A stretch of 64,000 bases of DNA from Mobula hypostoma (taxonomy: Eukaryota), in contig NC_086097.1 of NCBI RefSeq assembly GCF_963921235.1, positions 178,314,001 to 178,378,000 of the forward strand, read 5' to 3'. A program made the position numbers and the translations under genes. The stretch's first letter is position 1, and every line of letters begins with the position of its first letter. Positions 55,201-64,000 of the stretch are shown here, one piece after another. The notes below the pieces were generated by a model. The model made no database searches and was not told the DNA's origin. It saw only the letters and a program-made list of their open reading frames with translations.

Positions 55201-57388
55201 TCCCGAGGAGGGGATGGAGACGGAGACTCTCCCGAGGAGGGGATGGAGGGAGAGACTCTCCCGAGGAGGGGATGGAGGGAGTGACTCTCCCGAGGAGGGG
55301 ACGGAGACGGAGACTCTCCCGAGGAGGGGATGGAGGGAGAGACTCTCCCCGAGGATGGGATGGAGGGAGTTATTCTCCCGAGGAGGGGATGCAGATGGAG
55401 ATTCTCCTGAGGACGGGACGGAGACGGAGACTCTCCCGAGCAGGGGATGGAGGGAGAGACTCTCCCCGAGGAGGGGATGGAGGGAGAGACTCTCCCGAGG
55501 AGGGGATGGAGACGGAGACTCTCCCGAGGAGGGGACGGAGACGGAGACTCTCCCGAGGAGGCGACGGTGGGACGGACACTCTCCCGAGGAGAGGATGGAG
55601 ACGGAGACTCTCCCGAGGAGGGGATGGAGGGAGAGATTCTCCCGAGGAGAGGATGGGACGGAGACTCTCCCGAGGAGGGGATGGAGACAGAGACTCTCCC
55701 GAGGAGGGGAAAGGAGGGGAGACTCTCCCGAGGAGGGGATGGAGGAACGGAGACTCTCCCGAGGAGGGGATGGAGGGAGTGACTCTCCCGAGGAGGGGAT
55801 GGAGATGGAGACGCTCCCGAGGAGGGGATGGAGGGAGAGACTCTCCCGAGGAGGGGATGGAGACGGAGACTCTCCCGAGGAGGGGATGGAGGGAGTGACT
55901 CTCCCGAGGAGGGGATGGAGACGGAGACTCTCCCGAGGAGGGGACGGAGGGAGAGACTCTCCCGAGGAGGGGATGGAGACGGAGACTCTCCCGAGGAGGT
56001 GATGGAGGGAGAGACTCTCCCGAGGAGGAGGCGATGGAGACGGAGACTCTCCCCAAGGAGGGGATGGAGGGAGAGACTCTTCCTAGGAGGGGAGGGAGAG
56101 ACTCTTCCGAGGAGGGGAGGGAGAGACTCTTCCGAGGAGGGGATGGGGACGGAGACTCTCCCGAGGAGGGGATGGAGGCAGAGACTCTGCCGAGGAGGGG
56201 ATGGAGGGAGAGACTCTCCCGAGGAGGGGATGGAGACGGAGACTCTCCCGAGGAGGACGGAGACGGAGACGGAGACTCACCCGAGGATGGGACGGAGACG
56301 GAGACTCTCCTGAGGAGGGGACGGAGACGGAGACTCTCCCGAGGAAGGGATGGAGGGAGTGACTCTCCCGAGGAGGGAATGGAGGGGGAGACTCTCCCGA
56401 GGAGGGGATGGAGATGGAGACTCTCCCGAGGAGGGGACGGAGGCGGAGACTGTCCTGAGGAGGGGACGGAGACAGAGACTCTCCCGAGGAGGGGACGGAG
56501 GCGGAGACTCTCCCGAGGAGGGGACGGAGACAGAGACTCTCCCGAGGAGGGGATGGAGGGAGAGACTCTCCCGAGGAGGGGACGGAGGGAGTGACTCTCC
56601 CGAGGAGGGGATGGAGACGGAGACTCTCCCGAGGAGGCGATGGAGGGACGGAGACTCTCCTGAGGAAGGGACGGAGACGGAGACTCTCCTGAGGAGGGGA
56701 CGGAGGGAGTGACTCTCCCGAGGAGGGGATGGAGTCGGAGACTCTCCTGAGGAGGTGATGGAGGGAGAGTCTCTCCCGAGGAGGAGGCGATGGAGACGGA
56801 GACTCTCCCCGAGGAGTGGATGGAGGGAGAGACTCTCCCGAGGAGGGGATGGAGACGGAGACTCTCCCGAGGAGGGGATGGAGGGAGTGACTCTCCCGAG
56901 GAGGGGATGGAGACGGAGACTCTCCCGAGGAGGGGACGGAGACGGAGACTCTTTCGAGGAGGTGATGGAGGGACCGAGACTCTCCCGAGGAGGGGATGGA
57001 GATGGAGAATCTCCCGAGGAGGGGATGGAGATGGATACTCTCCCGAGGAGGGGACAGAGATGGAGACTTTCCCGAGGAGGGGATGGTGTGATTGACTCTC
57101 CCAAGTAGGGGACAGAGGGACGGAGACTCTCCCGAGGAGGGGATGGAGGAACGGAGGCTCTCCCGAGGAGGGGATGGAGCGAGTGACTCTCCCGAGGAGT
57201 GGATGGAGGGAGAGACTCTTCCGAGGAGTGGATGGAGACGGAGACTCTCCCGAGGAGGGGATGGAGGGAGTGACTCTCCCAAGGAGGCGTTGGAGGGAGT
57301 GACTCTCCCGAAGAGGGGATGGAGGCAGAGAATCTTGTGAGGAGCTGATGGAGACGGAGACTCTCGTGAATAGGGGATGGAGATAATG
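10220..57388 (+). repeat. ~47-kb minisatellite/megasatellite, 29-bp unit GAGACTCTCCCGAGGAGGGGA(T/C)GGAG(ACG/GGA) with 31-bp (GGGACG) and other variants
   Basis: Continuous head-to-tail repeats in one orientation. The consensus unit is 19/29 G+C and 20/29 purine on the + strand. Units are more diverged at both edges. Confidence 0.99.
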
Positions 57389-57437
57389 ATTCTTGTTACA
57401 GGTAAGAACCAGGTGGACAAGCAGTTGCATCACCAAG
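57389..57437 (+). mobile_element. Resumption of CR1 ORF2 C-terminus after the array
   Basis: attcttgttacaggtaagaaccaggtggacaagcagttgcatcaccaag = ILVTGKNQVDKQLHHQ, resembling the CR1 segment that follows 'VVEA' (xLxxFKxxLDxxL; compare SSLAIFKRELNMAL in ORF 62565..63068). Confidence 0.6.
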
Positions 57438-58061
57438 TTAATTTAAGTTTATTGTCATTTAAGCACAGTTCCCTTAACGAAATTTTCTCCCCCTTTGGAA
57501 GTTTTCCTGTTTTATTGTTGTACAACTTGAATCACAGTTGATTTAACTTGACTTTTTTGACACTGATCAACAGAAAAAGACTTGTGTAAAACTGAAAACA
57601 GATCTCTGCAAAGTCATCTAAATGAACTACAAATATACAGTCCAAAAGAATTAATTGCATAAATATTCACCCCCTTTAATAATACACACCAACTCATCAC
57701 TGGTGCAGCCAGTTGGTTTCAGAAGTCACATAATTAGTTAAATGGAGATCACTGGTGTGCTGTCACAGTGTGTCAATTGATTGTAGTAAAAGTGCACATG
57801 TATCCGGGAGGTCTAACTGCTGAACCTCACACTTGGGGGTGTGTAGGTTTTGCCATCGGTATGAAACAGCTGAACACATTCTGTTACAATGTGCAGCACC
57901 TGGAGTTGAAAAAGCTGGCTGCACTACTATCTTTGGGGGGTTTGATAGTTTTCATTTAAAAACTTTACTAAGTTATGGAAGAGACTTTAATTTAGTTCAC
58001 AATATTGTCTTTCATTATAGGGCTTTTTGGGGTAATTTAGTTTTCATTTGATAAAGAACTA

Positions 58062-58349
58062 GTGGGGTTTCTTTCTTCCATGGCCTTCTGTCCTCTCCTA
58101 CCAGATTCCCCTTCTCCAGCTCTGTATCTCTTTCATCAATCAACTTCCCGGCTCTTTAATTCACCCCTTCCTCCCCCTCCTGGTTACACTGTGTGTCTTG
58201 TCCTTCCCTCCCCCCACCTTCTTGCTGTGACTCCTCATCTTTTTTCTCCAGTCCTGATGAAGGGTCTCAGCCCGAAACATCGACTGTATTCGTTTCCATA
58301 GATGCTGCCTGGCCCACTGAGTTCCTCTAGCGTTTTGTGTGTGTTGCAG
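58062..58349 (+). mobile_element. Penelope-like element 3' terminal region (pyrimidine-rich stretch + hammerhead + terminal motif)
   Basis: C/T-rich stretch, then cagtcCTGATGAagggtctcagcccGAAAcatcgactg and gatgctgcctggccc..gagttcctc..ttttgtgtgtgttgc. Confidence 0.75.
58249..58286 (+). ncRNA. Minimal type I hammerhead ribozyme motif
   Basis: Stem I CAGUC/GACUG, core CUGAUGA, extra A, stem II GGG..CCC, GAAA, then C-AUC (the other intact copy has GUC). Confidence 0.7.
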
Positions 58350-58467
58350 GGGTTAACAAACTTGAAAACGCATGCCGGTGATAATAAACCTGATTCTGAT
58401 TCCTTGTTTCCCAACTCTCTACACCACACTCCAGTCCAGTTGGTGGCGGTAATGCACTTTTAAGTTG

Positions 58468-58518
58468 GGGAGGAGGAGGAGGAGGAGAAGAAGAAGAGGA
58501 GGAGGAGGAGGAGGAGGA
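58468..58518 (+). repeat. (GAG)n/(GAA)n microsatellite, probably the LINE tail
   Basis: ggaggaggaggaggaggagaagaagaagaggaggagg... read directly. Confidence 0.9.
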
Positions 58519-58570
58519 ATGACTACTACTGCTGCAGCTGTTGAGTCAGTATCCTGGCAAAAACTACACC

Positions 58571-59572
58571 ATGAAGACAAAATAACACTCCAAGCAACTC
58601 TGGGAAAAGGTTATTGAAAAGCACAAGTCAGGAGATGGATGCAAGAAAATTTCCAAGTCACTGGATATCCCTTGGAGTACAGTTAAGTCAGCCAGTCATC
58701 ATGAAGTAGAAAGAATATGGCACAGCTGTAAATCTGCCAAGAGCAGACCGTCCTCAAAAACTGACCGTGCAGGAAGGGCACTAGTGAGGGAGGCCATCAA
58801 TAGGCCTATGACATATCTGGAAGAGTTACAAGCTTCAGTGGCTGAAATTGGAGAGAGTGTGCACCTGGGTGCTTCACCAGTTGCAGCTTTATGGAGCAGT
58901 GGCAAAGAGAAAACCACTATTGGAAAAAAACTCTCATGAAACCTCAGCTAGAGTCTACCAGAAGGTACGTAGGAGTCTCTGAAGTCAGCCGGAAGAAGGT
59001 TCAATGGATTGATGAAACCAAAATTGAGCTTTTTGGCCATCAGACTAAATGCTATGTTTGGTGTAAGCCAAACACCACACATCATCAAAAACACACCATC
59101 CCTACCGTGAAGAATGGTGGTGGCTGCATCATGTTGTGAGGATGCTTCACTGCAGCAGGCCCTGGAAGGCTTGTGAAGGTAGAGGGTAAAATGAATGCAG
59201 CAAAGTGCAAGGAAATCCTGGAGGAAAACCTGTTGCAGTTTGCAAGAGAACTGCATCTTGGGAGGAGATTTGTTTTCCAGCAGGACAATAACCCCAAGCA
59301 TAAAGCCAAATCTACACAGATTTAAAAATAACAAGGTTTATGTCCTGGAGAGGCCAAGACAGAGTCCAGACCTCAATTTAATTGAGAATTTGTGGCTGGA
59401 CTTGAAAAGGGCTGTTCACTCATGATTCCCATATAATCTGACAGAGCTGGAGCAGTTTTGTAAAGAAGAATGGGGAAAATTTGCAATGTCCAGATGTGCA
59501 AAGCTGATAGAGACCTATCCACACAGACTCAAGGCTGTAATTGCTGCCAAAGGTGCATCTACTAAAGACTGA
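58571..59572 (+). pseudogene. Tc1 DDE transposase pseudogene
   Basis: MKTK*HSKQLWEKVIEKHKSGDGCKKISKSLDIPWSTVKS (paired-like HTH). Catalytic motifs [22 protein letters not shown] and QSPDLNLIENLW. Multiple stops and frameshifts. Confidence 0.92.
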
Positions 59573-61622
59573 CTTAAACAGGGTGAGTAACTATACAATC
59601 AATTATTTTGTGTTTACTGATTGTAATAAATTTAGACCAATTTGTAGAAATTTGTTTTCACTTTGACATGAAAGAGTCTTTTCTGTTGAACAGCGCCAAG
59701 AGAGCTAAATTAAATCCACTGTGATTCTATGTTGTAAAATAATAAAACGTGAAAACTTCCAAGGAGGATAAATATTTTTTATAGGCACTGTATATACGTA
59801 TGTAATGATATAATGTATATAGAAGTGAGACAATGTTTCTCTGAACAGGGGGTAAAGCACAAACCAGTGTTTGCACCAAGTGCTGGTAAATGGAATTCGT
59901 GTTGATGGTGTGGTAGGCAATGCGGTCTTTTGCTATTGCTAAGAATAACCCAAGGTGGCACACCTTTAACTCTTTCAATTTGTTCACAGATATCCAGGGC
60001 ACAGAGTTTAAGAGTCAGGAAGTCTTGTTGCAGCTCTGTACAAGTTCAGTTAAGCTGCACTTAGAGTCCTGCTGCAATTCTGGTCACCCCATTACGGGAA
60101 GGATGTGGAGGCTCTGGAGAGGGTGCAAAAGTGGGTTACCAGGATACTGCCTGGATTAGAAAGTACGAGCTATAAGAAGAAATTGGACAAACTTGGGCTG
60201 TTTTCTCTTGAGTGTCAGAAGCTGAAGGGAGATCTAAAAGAAGTGTATAAATTTATGAGAGGCTTAGACAGGGTAGACGGTCAGAATCTTTTTTCTCCAG
60301 GATAGAAATGTTAAGTTCTAAAGGTGAGTGGGGGCAGGATTTATGAACATTTGGAGAGGCATAGTATGATTAGGAATAGTTAGCATGGCTTTGTCAAGGG
60401 CAGGTTGTGCCTTACGAGCCTGATTGAATTTTTTGAGGATATGACTGAATACATTGATGAAGGTAGAGCCATAGATGTAGTGTAAATGGATTTCAGCAAG
60501 GCATTTGATAAGGTACCTCATGCCAGGCTTATTGAGAAAGGAAGGAGTCATGGGATCAAAGGGGACCTTGGTTTGTGGATCCAGAACTGGCTTGCCCACA
60601 GAAGGTAAAGAGTGGTTGTAGATGGATCATATTCTGCATGGAAGTCAGTGACCAGTGGTGTGCCTCAGGGATCTGTCCTGGGACCTCTACTCTTCGTGAT
60701 TTTTATAAATGATCTGGATGAGGAAGTGGAGGGATGGGTTAGTAAATTTGCTGATGACACAAAGGTTGAAGGGTCTTGTGTGGAGGGCTGTCAGAGGTTA
60801 CAGCAGGACATCAATTGGATGCAAAACTGGGCTGAGAAGTGGCAGATGGTGTTCAACCCAGATAAGTGTGAGATGGTTCATTTTGGTAGGTCAAATATGA
60901 TGGCAGAATATAGTATTAATGGTAAGACTCTTGGCAGTGTGGTGGATCAGAGGGATCTTGGGGTCCGAGTCCATAGGACACTCAAAGCAGCTGCGCGGGT
61001 TGACACTGTGGTTATGAAGGCATATGGTGCACTGGCCTTCATCAATTGTGGGATTGAGTTCAAGAGCCGAGAGGTAATGTTACAGCTATATAGGACACTG
61101 GTCAGACCCCACTTGGAGTACTGTGCTCAGTTCTGGTCACCTCACTACAGGAAGGATGTGAAAGCTATAGAAAGGGTGCAGAAGAGATTTACAAGGATGT
61201 TGCCTGGATGGGGGAGCATGCCTTATGAGAATAGGTTGAGTGAACTCAGCCTTTTCTCCTTGGAGCGGCGGGGGGGGGGGGTGGGTGGATGTGAGGTGGC
61301 ATGATAGAGGCGTTGATCGTGTGGGTAGTCAGAGGCCTTTTCCCAGGGCTGAAATGGCTAACACAAGAGGGCACAGTTTTAAGGTGCTTGGAAGTAGGTA
61401 CAGAGGAGATGTTGGGGTAAATTTTTTACGCAGAGAGTAGTGAGTGCGTGGAATGGGCTGCCGGCGACGGTGGTGGAGGCAGATACGATAGAGTCTTTTA
61501 AGAAACTCCTGGATGGGTGCATGGAGCTTAGAAAAACAGAGGGCAATGGGTAAGCCTAGGTAATTTCTAAAGTAAGTACATGTTCGACGCAGCATTGTGG
61601 GCTGGAGGGCCTGTATTGTGCT

Positions 61623-61890
61623 CGCTAACATGAGGAAGTCTGCAGATGCTGGAATTTCAAGCAACACACATAAAAATTGCTGGTGAATGCAGCAGGCCAG
61701 GCAACATCTATAGGAAGAGGTACAGTCGACATTTCGGGCCGAGACCCTTCGTCAGGACTAACTGAAAGAAGAGCTAGTAAGAGATTTGAGAGGGGGAGGG
61801 GGAGATCCAAGAGCTGGACAGTTGACTGTACCTCTTCCTAGAGATGCTGCCTGGCCTGCTGTGTTCACCAGCAACTTTTATGTGTGTTGC
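61623..61890. mobile_element. Palindromic Penelope-like terminal insert with TSD, inside a CR1 3' UTR
   Basis: ~70-bp inverted arms at 61661-61730 and 61821-61890. CTGTATTGTRCT is duplicated at 61611-61622 and 61891-61902. Hammerhead on the minus strand. Confidence 0.8.
61723..61760 (-). ncRNA. Minimal type I hammerhead ribozyme motif
   Basis: Minus strand reads UAGUC-CUGACGA-A-GGGU-CUCG-GCCC-GAAA-U-GUC-GACUG: stem I, intact core, stem II and GUC cleavage triplet. Confidence 0.72.
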
Positions 61891-62104
61891 CTGTATTGTA
61901 CTGTAGGTTTTCTATGTTTCTATGGGTGAGGGTGTTGTAAGTTCAGAGGAGATGTGTGGGGCAAGTTTTTTTTTAAACAGCAAATGCTGAGTGCCTGGAA
62001 AGCACTGACAGAGGTGTTTGAGAGGCTGTTTGACGGACATATGAAAATGCAGTTATTGAAGGGATAGGGATCATGTGCAGGTGAAGAAGTTTAGTTAAAT
62101 TTGT

Positions 62105-62336
62105 TAACACACACAAAATGCTGGAGGAACTCAGTAGGCCAGTCAGCATCTAGGGAAAGAAAGTACGTTTGCTGTTTCGGCTGAGACCTGCCGAAGTCAA
62201 CATTCCTGCCAAAGGGTTTCAGCCCGAAACAGCGACTGTACTTTTTTTCTATAGATTCTGCCTGGCCTGCTGAGTTCCTCCAGCATTTTGTGTGCATTGC
62301 CTGGGTTTCCAGCATCTGCAGATTTTCTCTTGTTTG
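62105..62336. mobile_element. Palindromic Penelope-like terminal insert (degenerate hammerheads)
   Basis: Arms acacaaaatgctggaggaactcagtaggccag.. / ..ctggcctgctgagttcctccagcattttgtgt. Imperfect TSD tagttaaatttgt (62092-62104) / taatttaatttgt (62337-62349). Confidence 0.75.
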
Positions 62337-62484
62337 TAATTTAATTTGTCATCACGTTTGGCATTGACCTATTCAGCTGAATGGTTGTTCCTGTGCTGTA
62401 CTGTTCTATGTTTTCAGTCCTACCTTCTCATACATTATTAGGGAAGTTAGCAAACTTCCCTGCAGCCCTCCATTTTCCTGCTTT

Positions 62485-64000
62485 TAGAAACATAGAAAAT
62501 AGGTGCAGGAGTAGGCCATTCGGCCCTTTGAGCCTGCACCGCCATTCAGTATGATCATGGCCGATCATCCAACTCGGAACCCTGTACCAGCCTTCCCTCC
62601 ATACCCCCTGATCCCTTTAGCCACAAGGGCCATATTTAACTCCCTCTTAAATATAGCCAATGAACTGGCCTCAACTGTTTCCTGTGGCAGAGAATTCCAC
62701 AGATTCACCACTCTCGGTGTGAAGAAGTTTTTCCTAATCTCGATCCTAAAAGGCTTCCCCTTTATCCTCAAACTGTGACCCCTCGTTCTGGACTTCCCCA
62801 ACATCGGGAATAATCTTCCTGCATCCAGCCTGTCCAATCCCTTTAGGATTTTATATGTTTCAATAAGATCCCCCCTCAATCTTCTAAATTCCAACGAGTA
62901 TAAGCCTAGTCGATCCAGTCTCTCATCATATGAAAGTCCTGCCATCCCAGGAATCAATCTGGTGAACCGTCTTTGTACTCCCTCTATGGCAAGGATGTCT
63001 TTCCTTAGATTAGGGGACCAAAACTGCACACAATACTCCAGGTGTGGTCTCACCAAGACCTTGTACAACTGCAGTAGTACCTCCCTGCTCCTGTACTCGA
63101 ATCATCTTGCTATGAATGCCAGCATACCATTCGCCTTTTTCACCGCCTGCTGTACCTGCATGCCCACTTTCAATGACTGGTGTATAATGACACCCAAGTC
63201 TCGTTGCACCTCCCCTTTTCCTAATCGGCCACCATTCAGATAATAATCTGTTTTCCTGTTTTTGCCACCAAAGTGGATAACTTCACATTTATCCACATTA
63301 AATTGCATCTGCCATGAATTTGCCCACTCACCTAACCTATCCAAGTCACCCTGCATCCTCTTAGCATCCTCCTCACAGCTAACACTGCCGCCCAGCTTCG
63401 TGTCATCCGCAAACCTGGAGATGCTGCATTTAATTCCCTCATCTAAGTCATTAATATATATTTTAAACAACTGGGGTCCCAGCACTGAGCCTTGCGGTAC
63501 CCCATTAGTCACTGCCTGCCATTCTGAAAAGGTCCCGTTTATTCCCACTCTTTGCTTCCTGTCTGCCAACCAATTCGTTATCCACATCAATACCTTACCC
63601 CCAATACCGTGTGCTTTAAGTTTGGACACTAATCTCCTGTGTGGGACCTTGTCAAAAGCCTTTTGAAAATCCAAATATACCACATCCACTGGTTCTCCCC
63701 TATCCACTCTACTAGTTACATCCTCAAAAAATTCTATGAGATTTGTCAGACATGATTTTCCTTTCACAAATCCATACTGACTTTGTTCGATGATTTCACC
63801 GCTTTCCAAATGTGCTGTTATCATATCTTTGATAACTGACTCTAGCATTTTCCCCACCACTGATGTTAGGCTAACCGGTCTATTATTCCCTGGTTTCTCT
63901 CTCCCTCCTTTTTTAAAAAGTGGGGTTACATTAGCCACCCTCCAATCCTCAGGAACTAGTCCAGAATCTAAAGAGTTTTGAAAAATTACCACTAATGCAT
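62485..64000 (-). mobile_element. Young CR1 LINE, ORF2 RT domain to 3' tail; continues past the window edge
   Basis: ORFs 63102..63992 and 62565..63068 are in the same frame and separated by one TGA. Motifs DWRVANVTPLFKKG, YLDFQKAFDKV, GVPQGSVLGP, FADDTKLG. Tail (reverse complement of tagaaacatagaaa) at 62485. Confidence 0.95.

Larger units (their letters stand above)
57823..58527 (+). mobile_element. 5'-truncated I/Nimb-like LINE 3' end inserted in the Tc1
   Basis: ORF 57833..58051 has the CCHC knuckle CRFCHRYETAEHILLQC. The 3' UTR ccacactccagtccagttggtggcggtaatgcac is followed by a (GAG/GAA)n tail. Candidate TSD ACTGCTG at 57816-57822 and 58528-58534. Confidence 0.7.
57466..59790 (+). mobile_element. 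Tc1-family DNA transposon with ~210-bp IR/DR-type terminal inverted repeats, decayed, with nested insertions
   Basis: Left end cagttcccttaacgaaattttctccccctttggaagttttc..aatattcacccc aligns with the reverse complement of 59580-59790 (cagtgcctataaaaaatatttatcctccttggaagttttc..). TA at 59791-59792; the left flank reads CA. Confidence 0.9.
60329..61924 (+). mobile_element. 5'-truncated CR1 LINE (RT domain to tail) nested in the older CR1
   Basis: TSGVPQGSVLGPLLFVIFINDLD..KFADDTK..LVRPHLEYCAQFWSP. Tail ttttctatgtttctatg. Candidate TSD GGTGAG at 60323-60328 and 61925-61930. Confidence 0.9.
59990..62413 (+). mobile_element. Older CR1 3' fragment (post-RT region to tail), split by a younger CR1 and a palindromic insert
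   Basis: ALERVQKWVTRILPGL..GDLKEVYKFMRGLDRVDG (60105..60305) resumes at ~61925 (gttcagaggagatgtgtggggcaagtttt) and ends cctgtgctgtactgttctatgttt. Confidence 0.8.

Noticed and set aside
10220..57388. CRISPR-like array (constant partly palindromic repeat with a variable segment)
   Set aside because: The variable part is only 3-5 nt drawn from a few recurring types. There are no unique spacers, no cas genes, and the context is eukaryotic.
57399..57407. Strong splice donor CAG|GTAAGA just after the array, suggesting an exonised repeat
   Set aside because: All three + frames hit a stop within ~40 nt upstream, and the site lies in CR1-like sequence, so it does not support a coding exon.
10183..57436. 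Very long ORFs on both strands (up to 2574 aa; ETLPRRGWRRRLSRGGDGDGDSPEEGM and SPPRESLRLHPLLGRVSVSIPSSGE repeats)
   Set aside because: The 29-bp consensus has no stop codon on either strand, so every frame cycles through the same peptide. The 31-bp variants and indels shift frame freely, so there is no sign of selection on a reading frame. Not called as genes; translation cannot be excluded without expression data.

Overview
Eukaryotic, repeat-saturated DNA. The mix of CR1 LINEs, Penelope-type terminal fragments, Tc1 and hAT elements suggests a vertebrate, probably a cartilaginous fish (inference only). No intact host gene is evident. About 47 kb (10220-57388) is a single G-rich tandem array of a 29-bp unit (GAGACTCTCCCGAGGAGGGGATGGAGACG, with 29/31-bp variants; roughly 1600 copies by length/unit). 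All the long low-complexity ORFs in the track come from this array. Main observation: the array appears to have been born inside the 3' end of a CR1 ORF2. Its unit resembles the CR1 'WNSLPEEVVEAETL' segment, and colinear CR1-like sequence lies on both flanks. The flanks (1-10.2 kb and 57.4-64 kb) are nested piles of decayed CR1 LINEs, a Charlie/Buster hAT element with a perfect 8-bp TSD and a nested MITE, an IR/DR-type Tc1, and a Nimb/I-like LINE end. There are also five short Penelope-like terminal fragments carrying intact or decayed minimal type I hammerhead-ribozyme motifs; three of them are palindromic units with target-site duplications.
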